Source: Spirochaetota bacterium
Lineage (GTDB): Bacteria; Spirochaetota; UBA4802; UBA5550
Reading direction: 5' to 3'
Length of the DNA: 55,408 nucleotides
Assembly: GCA_038241375.1 (NCBI GenBank)
Contig: JBBRFT010000002.1
Location: forward strand, 1 to 55,408
Both the position numbers and the translations under genes were made by a program. The notes under the pieces are model-generated. The model was not told the DNA's origin, searched no databases, and saw nothing but the letters and a program-made list of their open reading frames with translations. Below are positions 48,155 through 55,408 of the stretch, one piece after another (position 1 is the first letter of the stretch; every line of letters starts with the position of its first letter).

Positions 48155-48875
48155 AGTAATAAATGTGTCCAAAAATTTTGATGATGTCATCGCCCTTAAA
48201 AATGTAAGCCTTGAAGTAAAAAAGGGGGATGTTTTTTTTATAATCGGATCTTCCGGAAGCGGTAAGAGTACACTACTGAGATGTATCAACAGACTTGAAA
48301 ATGTTTCCAGCGGAGATATATGGATTGAAGAAGATCTTGTGACAGGACCTAAAGCCAATATCCGGCTGATAAGAGAAGAAACCGGAATGGTATTTCAGTC
48401 ATTCAATCTTTTTCCTCACCTGACGGTAATTGAAAATATAACATTGGCACCACGAATCGTTAAAAAAACTGACCCTAAAGAAGCTGAAGAAAATGCCCGT
48501 ATTCTTCTTAAGAGAGTCGGTCTTTCTGATAAAGAAAAAGCATATCCTGAACAGCTGTCAGGAGGCCAACAACAGCGTGTAGCTATTGCCAGGGCGCTTG
48601 CCATGAATCCCAAGGTAATACTTTTCGATGAACCAACATCAGCCCTCGATCCGGAAATGACTAAAGAGGTTCTTGATGTAATGCTCGATCTCGCCAAAGA
48701 AGGAATGACCATGATTGTTGTTTCCCACGAAATGGGTTTCGCCAAAGCTGCGGCAACAAAAGTAGTTTACATGGATGACGCAGAAGTAATAGAGATGGGA
48801 ACTCCCGATGAAATTTTTAACCACCCGAAAAAAGAGAGAACACAGCGCTTTTTAAAAAATGTACTTAGAGCTTAA
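48138..48875 (+). CDS. Amino-acid ABC transporter ATP-binding protein
   Basis: 245 aa. Walker [10 protein letters not shown], signature LSGGQQQR, Walker [12 protein letters not shown]. Confidence 0.95.
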   Translation: MPSRVKVINVSKNFDDVIALKNVSLEVKKGDVFFIIGSSGSGKSTLLRCINRLENVSSGDIWIEEDLVTGPKANIRLIREETGMVFQSFNLFPHLTVIENITLAPRIVKKTDPKEAEENARILLKRVGLSDKEKAYPEQLSGGQQQRVAIARALAMNPKVILFDEPTSALDPEMTKEVLDVMLDLAKEGMTMIVVSHEMGFAKAAATKVVYMDDAEVIEMGTPDEIFNHPKKERTQRFLKNVLRA

Positions 48876-48900
48876 AACTAAATTTATTCAATATTCATTT

Positions 48901-48929
48901 AAAACCGGTCAGATTGACCGGTTTTTTTA
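48901..48929 (+). terminator. Intrinsic terminator after the ABC transporter operon
   Basis: accggtc-agatt-gaccggt followed by T7. Confidence 0.85.
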
Positions 48930-49032
48930 TAAATCCAGTTTTTCTGCTATCCTTCGTAACAAAAAAGAATTATATTTGATCTAATAATGGTATATTCAAA
49001 ATTAAACATAAATTTATTTGAGGTATGAATTA

Positions 49033-50637
49033 ATGAAAATAGAATTTGTAGGCGGAGCAAGAACAGTTACCGGGTCTTCATATATTATCAAAGATGACGA
49101 TTTTACTATAATGGTGGACTGCGGAATGTTTCAGGGAAAACAGGAATTGGTTCAGAGAAATCAGCTTCACCTTATTTACGATCCTCCAAAAATTGACTGT
49201 ATGCTACTCACTCATGCCCACATAGATCACAGTGGTCTAATCCCCAAACTGGTGAAAGAAGGTTTCTTCGGAAATATATATGCAACAAAAGCAACAGCTG
49301 ACCTCTGTTCTATAATGCTTCCTGATAGTGCTCACATACAGGAAATGGATACTAAATGGACAAATAAACGGAATAAGAAACTCGGCCGGCCGGCTGTAGA
49401 ACCTCTATATACTCCTGAAGATGCTGAAAAATCATTAACCCATTTTGTACCGGTAAATTACGGAGAGATAGTTCAGATTCATCCGAGAGTCGAAGTAAGG
49501 TTCCGCGATGCTGGTCATATTCTTGGTTCAGCTTTTATTGAGATGTGGATTGATGAAAAAGGTAAAAAAACAAAAGTAGTTTTTTCCGGTGATATAGGAA
49601 CAAGAGATCAGTCAATAATTAAAGATCCGGAACCTCTTGAAGATGCTGATATTATTCTCATAGAATCCACATACGGTGACAGACTTCATAAAAACAGAGA
49701 AGATACTTATGAAGAATTTAAAAATATTCTTCTAACATCAATAAACAAGAAAGGAAATATTATAATACCCGCATTTGCAATTGAACGTACACAGGAGATA
49801 ATTTTCACTCTACACAGACTATTTGAAAACGGAGAACTTCCCCGTATACCGGTATTTATAGATTCTCCATTGGCTATTTCGGCTACTGAAATATTTCGCG
49901 AAAACAGGCAGTGTTTCGATGAAGAGATGCTGGAGATAATCATGTCTGGAGATAACCCTCTTGATTTTCCGAATCTTAAATTCACACGAAAATCTGAAGA
50001 ATCAAAACTTCTGCAGGAAATTACAGGAGCGATCATTATCGCGGCAAGCGGAATGTGTACAGCAGGCCGTATACAGTATCACCTTCAGAATAATCTTTAT
50101 AAAAGTGAATCGAGCATAATTTTTGTAGGTTTCCAGGCAGAGGGTACACTGGGAAGAAGACTTATTGATGGAGCAAAACAGGTTAGAATTTATGGTGAGG
50201 ATATCGCTGTAAAAGCACAGATCCATACACTTGGAGGTTTTTCTGCTCATGCTGATAAAGATGCTCTTCTCAAATGGCTCGATACAAATAAAAATCCGAA
50301 AGCAAAGGTTTTTGTAGTACACGGCGAAGAAGAATCGGCAAAATTTTTCGGCAAGCTCCTAAGCAGCGAATTCGGTTTAACTTCTTATGTCCCAAGCTGG
50401 GGGGAGATTGTTGACCTGGATACAATGCAATCAGAATTTGCAGCATATGGATCTGCAACTACAGAAAGATTCTCACCTGTTGACAGCCAGATAGAAGCAT
50501 TAACAAATACGTTAAAATTATTAACTGAAAAATACAACAAAGCAAAAAGTGAAAACAGAATCGAATCAATAAAAAGGCTTCAGAATGACATCAATGATGC
50601 AAAAGAGATGTTATCCATGATAATAGACGAGCTTTAA
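49033..50637 (+). CDS. MBL-fold beta-CASP metallo-hydrolase (RNA-metabolising, CPSF/RNase J-like)
   Basis: HAHIDHSG (HxHxDH), beta-CASP region, and C-terminal GGFSAHAD and VHGE. The start is set to the ATG at 49033 (MKIEFVGGARTVTGS). Confidence 0.85.
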   Translation: MKIEFVGGARTVTGSSYIIKDDDFTIMVDCGMFQGKQELVQRNQLHLIYDPPKIDCMLLTHAHIDHSGLIPKLVKEGFFGNIYATKATADLCSIMLPDSAHIQEMDTKWTNKRNKKLGRPAVEPLYTPEDAEKSLTHFVPVNYGEIVQIHPRVEVRFRDAGHILGSAFIEMWIDEKGKKTKVVFSGDIGTRDQSIIKDPEPLEDADIILIESTYGDRLHKNREDTYEEFKNILLTSINKKGNIIIPAFAIERTQEIIFTLHRLFENGELPRIPVFIDSPLAISATEIFRENRQCFDEEMLEIIMSGDNPLDFPNLKFTRKSEESKLLQEITGAIIIAASGMCTAGRIQYHLQNNLYKSESSIIFVGFQAEGTLGRRLIDGAKQVRIYGEDIAVKAQIHTLGGFSAHADKDALLKWLDTNKNPKAKVFVVHGEEESAKFFGKLLSSEFGLTSYVPSWGEIVDLDTMQSEFAAYGSATTERFSPVDSQIEALTNTLKLLTEKYNKAKSENRIESIKRLQNDINDAKEMLSMIIDEL

Positions 50638-50652
50638 TACTTCGACACTACC

Positions 50653-50681
50653 ATCCCCGCGAAAGCGGGGATTATTTTTTT
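50653..50681 (+). terminator. Intrinsic terminator
   Basis: atccccgc-gaaa-gcggggat followed by a T-rich run. Confidence 0.8.
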
Positions 50682-50736
50682 GAACGTAACCTCTGAATGT
50701 ATAATAATAATCATGAAAAAAACACCTGCTGCAATA

Positions 50737-51222
50737 CTATTTTAAAATATTCTTACCGCTTATCTGATGACAGATTGCAATAGCAAGAGCATCGGCAGCA
50801 TCATCGGGCCCTTCTATACTATCAAGCTTTAGGAGCTTTTTCATCATAAAATAAATCTGATCCTTTGAAGCTTTTCCATAGCCGGTTACAGAGTGTTTTA
50901 TCTCCGTCGGAGAATATTCAGTATAACAAATCCCTTTAAGTTTTAAAGTGAGAAGAATAACTCCAACGGCTTTTGCTACGGGAATTGCAGTTTTGACATT
51001 TTTCTGAAAAAATATTTTTTCAACAGCAGCGCAGTCCGGATTAAACTCTTCGATAATATTATTAAGGCCCCTGTGTATAGCCAGGAGCCTTTCATCAAAC
51101 TCTTCACCAGGGGATGTTTTTATTACACCGTAATTTTCTACTTTTAAATTGTCATTCAGAATTGACCAGCCGACTATATCATAGCCGGGATCAATCCCGA
51201 GTATTTTCTGATTACTCGCCAA
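50737..51222 (-). CDS. ruvC: Crossover junction endodeoxyribonuclease RuvC
   Basis: 161 aa. ILGIDPG, AVEKIFF and DDAADALAIA. Confidence 0.93.
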   Translation of the reverse strand: MASNQKILGIDPGYDIVGWSILNDNLKVENYGVIKTSPGEEFDERLLAIHRGLNNIIEEFNPDCAAVEKIFFQKNVKTAIPVAKAVGVILLTLKLKGICYTEYSPTEIKHSVTGYGKASKDQIYFMMKKLLKLDSIEGPDDAADALAIAICHQISGKNILK

Positions 51223-51961
51223 GTTTTGCCATTATCTCATCGGATATATCATAGTTCGAATATACTTCCTGAGCGTCATCCTGTTCTTCAAGAAGTTCCA
51301 TAATTTTCAGACATTGAGCTGCCTTTTTTTCATCAAGAGCTACCGTCGTTTTAGGAACATAAGAAATCTGATTTTCAAGAAGGGTATAATTTTCTTTTAC
51401 AAGAAAGTCTGCCACAGCCGGATACCCATCAGGAGATGTTATCACAATTATATTGCCTTCTTCAGTCTTAACGTCTTCAACATCAAAATCAAGAAGCATT
51501 TCTAAAACTTCATCTTCAGTTATCGATTCAGATTCTATAACCAGCATACCTTTTTTCTCAAAAAGATAATTTACTGAACCGGTTTCACCAAGATTCCCGC
51601 CGTTTTTTCCAAAAATAGATCTTATCTCAGGAGTTGTACGGTTTTTGTTATCAGTAATACAATCAACCATAATGGCAACACCACCAGGTCCATAACCTTC
51701 ATATCGGATCTCTTCATATACAACACCTTCAACATTTCCGAGACCTTTTTTAATAGCTCTATCAATATTATCATTAGGCATATTATTTGATTTAGCTTTT
51801 AAAACTGCAGTACGCAGACGCGGATTAGAATCAAGATCCTCTCCCCCAGCTCTTGCAGCAACAGTAATCTCTCTAATAAGCTTTGTAAAAAGAGCGCCAC
51901 GCTTTGCATCGGTAACACCTTTTTTTCTTTTAATTGTAGACCATTTACTATGTCCTGACAT
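51212..51961 (-). CDS. yebC: YebC/PmpR family DNA-binding transcriptional regulator
   Basis: 249 aa with N-terminal MSGHSKWSTIKRKKG. It overlaps the ruvC start by 11 nt. Confidence 0.95.
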   Translation of the reverse strand: MSGHSKWSTIKRKKGVTDAKRGALFTKLIREITVAARAGGEDLDSNPRLRTAVLKAKSNNMPNDNIDRAIKKGLGNVEGVVYEEIRYEGYGPGGVAIMVDCITDNKNRTTPEIRSIFGKNGGNLGETGSVNYLFEKKGMLVIESESITEDEVLEMLLDFDVEDVKTEEGNIIVITSPDGYPAVADFLVKENYTLLENQISYVPKTTVALDEKKAAQCLKIMELLEEQDDAQEVYSNYDISDEIMAKLGE

Positions 51962-52104
51962 AAAAACCTCTTACATAAAAAACTTTTCATTTTATACTGA
52001 AATCAGATATTTCCGCTATTTAATCAGCTTCGTTTACAATGAATAAAGGTGAGGAACAAAAAAATTTACAGAAATCCTGATTTTCAAGTATGTTTTGCAA
52101 TATA

Positions 52105-53394
52105 CTAATAACCCCTTTTAATTTTCAACTGTAATTTTACTATCATATCTCTTGCTGAATTCGTATTATAATTATACCGGATAGATTCCCTGTAATATAA
52201 GATAGCCTCATTGTATTTTTCAATTTTCTCATACGAAACAGCCATAAACCATCTGATTCTGCCCGGCTGAAGCTTATTAAACTCAAGTTGAAGTGTCTCA
52301 AGTTCTTTATCAATTTTATTTCTATCATCTATCAAAATTTCATAGTCTTCATATTTTTCAAACTCTTTATTGTTTATCAGTGCTTCTTTCAATTTATTAA
52401 TTTCAAGAGTGAGATTTTCTCTTTGATTGTTTTTATTCTTAATCAACACCAGAATCTTTGATTGAAAATTAATACATTCATTATAAAAGAGAAGAGCTTT
52501 ATCATACTTTAAATTATTATATGCCATATCACCAAGATATTCATAAGATTTTGATCTTCGATAAATATCACTCTCTTTGAGAATTTTAATAGCCCGCTGA
52601 AGAGATGATTCGGCTAGAATATAATTTCCGGTTTTCGAATATGAAATATAACCAAGGGCAAATAAGATCTCCGCATCTTCCGGTTTACGTCTTAAGTATT
52701 CATTATAATATTTCTCTGTATCAAGATATTTCCCGATACTTTCATATAACCCACCCAGCTTAAGATAAACCTCAGGTTTAACTTCATCGTCAGTATTATC
52801 AAGATATCGTTTCAGATGAAAAATTGATTTTTTCTTCTCTTTAGTTACGGACAACGCATCTCCTATTTCATAGGAGTAAATAGGATTGGAAGGATTAAGA
52901 GAATATGCCTGCTCAAGCGCATCAATATACCCTTTAAAATAAACAGGTTCATTAAATGATTTAAATACCCCGGAAATCTCATAATAAATTACGTCATCCC
53001 TGGTTTGTTCAAGTTTTCTGAATCTCAAAGCCTGAACATACTGATTAAGACTCTCTCTTTTTTTATCAAGATGTACAGCACATCTACCCGCGTAAAAGTG
53101 AAGTTCTGATAATTCCGGATTTTCCTCGATGAAAAACCCTTTTTCTTTCCTCTGTCTAAAAAGAGTTAAAAGGTCAGAATCCTCTCCGACATTACTAAGC
53201 GCAATATATCCTGTAGGTATTTTACGATCTTCGACTCTTTTACGATAAATTTCATTCAGCTTTAATAAAATTATATTATATGATTTAACATATTCTTTAT
53301 TATTGAACAGTGCGACATAATCACCCTCTGCTTGAGCATAAACTGCAGAGACTAATGCTGTAATAAAAACAAAACAAAGTTTATTTTTTTTCAT
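52105..53394 (-). CDS. Secreted TPR-like repeat protein
   Basis: 429 aa with a signal peptide. Repeated helical units of about 34 aa (e.g. KYYNEYLRRKPEDAEILFALGYISY, AILYYRESIRYNYN). Confidence 0.6.
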   Translation of the reverse strand: MKKNKLCFVFITALVSAVYAQAEGDYVALFNNKEYVKSYNIILLKLNEIYRKRVEDRKIPTGYIALSNVGEDSDLLTLFRQRKEKGFFIEENPELSELHFYAGRCAVHLDKKRESLNQYVQALRFRKLEQTRDDVIYYEISGVFKSFNEPVYFKGYIDALEQAYSLNPSNPIYSYEIGDALSVTKEKKKSIFHLKRYLDNTDDEVKPEVYLKLGGLYESIGKYLDTEKYYNEYLRRKPEDAEILFALGYISYSKTGNYILAESSLQRAIKILKESDIYRRSKSYEYLGDMAYNNLKYDKALLFYNECINFQSKILVLIKNKNNQRENLTLEINKLKEALINNKEFEKYEDYEILIDDRNKIDKELETLQLEFNKLQPGRIRWFMAVSYEKIEKYNEAILYYRESIRYNYNTNSARDMIVKLQLKIKRGY

Positions 53395-53672
53395 TGTAAA
53401 AAATCCCGCTAAAAAAGATAATTTAATCTAATAATAAAATAGACCATAATTTCTGGACAAAATTCAGATAATTATATACTATATAAATGAACACCTTTAG
53501 ATAAAATCTTTTTTCCCTATAAATAATTATCGGAAAAAATTGGTTGTAAAAATCATTCTTTGCTTTTTTAATTAAAATATATAAATTATAAAAATTTCTT
53601 CATACACAACCGAATTTATAATAAGAATCATTTTTTTTCTTCATAATAAAGACTAGAGAGGAGTCTCTACAG

Positions 53673-55408
53673 ATGAGCCATTTTAAACAATTCAGTTATC
53701 CCGATATATCTCGAAGATGGATGATCCTTTCTGCTCTTTTTCTTACTTTTATTATTATTACATCTATTGTATCACATTCAATATTAATCTACAAACAATT
53801 TTTACCTTATTACCCGATTATCAGGATAATTGTATTTATAGCTCTAATATCTTTCCTTACAGGAAGTATCATCGGAAAAGCTGTTTTCACAGCCATTAAG
53901 AATTATAAAGCAATTAATATTGCTGCCACTTTGATCCTCATGCTATCAGTAGTCTTTTATTTTTTTAAAACTGTAATATTAGGAGAGAGTTTTTCAGATT
54001 TCAATCTTTATATTTATTCAAGATATTTAGCTTCACTGATGATTATAGTACCGGCTTTTTTTGGAGGATTAATAAATTGTTATTTTTTAAAAGTTTCAAC
54101 CGGTGACTTCATAGACGAAAAAAACCTGTTATCACAATATATAGCCATACTCTTTACATCCATATCAGCAGGGATAGCCGGTTCACTTATATCGCATATT
54201 CTATATCCCGATACCCCCTATCTTGCATATATTAGTATTACATCGGCATCTCTATTGGTTGTTCTTCTAATATTTTTAAATATACCGTTTATCCCGGAAG
54301 CATTAATTGCACAGCACTATCCCGATGATGATCACATAGAAACTAAAACTGAAGTTTACAGAGATGATCTGTTCTATACCTATACTAATTTTTCCTACAT
54401 CACAATCTATCTTTTCCTGGGACTTATAGTATTCAGCAAATTCTTCGGTAATATTTATTACCATAATTTTATATACACATCAGTTATGCTTTTATCAATG
54501 ACAGCGGGAATAATACTTGGAAGATTTAAAAAGTTTTCATCCTGGCATGTTTTCAGTGAAATGCTCTTCCCTATATTTTTTTTATCATATCTGTTTTTTC
54601 TGTACAATTATGAAAACAGGATACATCCGCTGGAAGGATTTTGTTTTCTGGTCCTCCCTTCAATGATATTCGGTTTTTCAATAAAACAGACTATATTAAA
54701 TATCACTTTTAATTATAAACATGAAAAAAGATTCCGGATAATAAGCTTTTCTCTTTTCATACTCCCCATACCTATTATAATAGCTGCATCAATGGTAAGT
54801 TACACTAATATTTTTTTCTTTTTAATACTTTATATAATAACTGCTCTTAATATAATAATTCCAGGATTATATCTGTTTAATTCTAATTTGGGAGCAGGTA
54901 AAAAACTATTTTACTTCTTATTCTCTCTGTCATTTATTCCCGCATTAATATTTATGCATTTGTATTTTAAAATTCCTTTTAATAATAATTCATTTGTAAA
55001 TAATATTTCAAATTTTGAAATATTGCGGAATACCAATTTCAATCTTCCCTATGTAAGTGAACGGGGAGAGATAAAAAACTCAGGCTTTACAATTTTTAAT
55101 CTTTCTGAAAGTACTATACGTAATTTAAAAAGAGCTGCTGCAGTAACCTCTCTTTTCATTGAAGAAGAATCCAGAGTGCTTATAATAGACAGCAATCAAA
55201 AATTTTTCCGGAACCCCATATTCGGATTTTATAATAATTCTGTTTTGATTGATAATATAACTTCTAAATTTGTTAACAACAATAAACTCCCGATTTCAGG
55301 AAGACAGCTTTACGTCGCACAGGAAAAAGAGATAATTAATTTTCTTATAGACAGTAAAGAGCAGTATTACTCAATAATAGACTCTCCCAATATATTTGAT
55401 CAGAATTT
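53673..55408 (+). CDS. Polytopic membrane protein with a possible degenerate spermidine-synthase-like C-terminal fold; 3'-partial (runs off the window)
   Basis: My manual translation from the ATG at 53673 (AGAGAGGAG upstream) is open for 578 codons to the window edge. It is absent from the ORF track, presumably because there is no stop. It starts MSHFKQFSYPDISRRWMILSALFLTFIIITS, has many hydrophobic helices, and ends RVLIIDSNQKFF...EQYYSIIDSPNIFDQN. Confidence 0.6.
   Translation, partial: MSHFKQFSYPDISRRWMILSALFLTFIIITSIVSHSILIYKQFLPYYPIIRIIVFIALISFLTGSIIGKAVFTAIKNYKAINIAATLILMLSVVFYFFKTVILGESFSDFNLYIYSRYLASLMIIVPAFFGGLINCYFLKVSTGDFIDEKNLLSQYIAILFTSISAGIAGSLISHILYPDTPYLAYISITSASLLVVLLIFLNIPFIPEALIAQHYPDDDHIETKTEVYRDDLFYTYTNFSYITIYLFLGLIVFSKFFGNIYYHNFIYTSVMLLSMTAGIILGRFKKFSSWHVFSEMLFPIFFLSYLFFLYNYENRIHPLEGFCFLVLPSMIFGFSIKQTILNITFNYKHEKRFRIISFSLFILPIPIIIAASMVSYTNIFFFLILYIITALNIIIPGLYLFNSNLGAGKKLFYFLFSLSFIPALIFMHLYFKIPFNNNSFVNNISNFEILRNTNFNLPYVSERGEIKNSGFTIFNLSESTIRNLKRAAAVTSLFIEEESRVLIIDSNQKFFRNPIFGFYNNSVLIDNITSKFVNNNKLPISGRQLYVAQEKEIINFLIDSKEQYYSIIDSPNIFDQN

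Noticed and set aside
1-55408. I searched all spacers larger than 100 bp for tRNA, rRNA, tmRNA, SRP or RNase P RNA genes, and the whole window for transposase, integrase or phage genes.
   Set aside because: I saw no cloverleaf-like segments, conserved RNA motifs or mobile-element ORFs. This needs confirmation with tRNAscan-SE or Infernal.

Overview
Visibly AT-rich bacterial chromosomal segment. It most likely comes from a spirochaete: it has two tandem FlaB-type core flagellins starting [11 protein letters not shown], a CheX-like protein, and MORN and TPR repeat proteins. I count about 50 protein-coding genes, and almost all are housekeeping. They include ruvB, ruvC-yebC, alaS, guaA-purE, an AICARFT-only purH, pcrA/uvrD, PBP1A, carD, a YacL-like PIN/TRAM protein and an HtrA protease. 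There are also an Amidase_3-like hydrolase, a polar amino-acid ABC transporter, a thiolase/acyl-CoA dehydrogenase/crotonase/CoA-transferase cluster, an ECF sigma/anti-sigma pair, a STAS protein and a PtsN-like EIIA. I could not recognise any rRNA, tRNA, CRISPR array, transposase, integrase, phage gene or classical defence island, and I cannot name one clear novel system. The most unusual observations are these: (1) a colinear duplicated promoter module with a 29/30-identical 30-nt box upstream of the thiolase and crotonase units; (2) an ACT plus malic-enzyme-like protein whose catalytic and NAD motifs look degenerate; (3) a protein with a histone-H1-like lysine-rich tail, flanked by decayed gene remnants that include a GC-rich, frameshifted VIT1-family fragment; (4) a family of GC-rich GCCGCC-loop-GGCGGC palindromes in intergenic regions, one of which covers the candidate purH ribosome-binding site; (5) CsrA-type GGA hairpins in both flaB leaders; (6) a >1200-aa FAD-oxidase/Fe-S fusion with an unassigned N-terminal domain; (7) a cell-envelope operon with an insertion-bearing amidase. 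All functional calls rest on motifs read by eye and recalled family signatures; no database search was possible.
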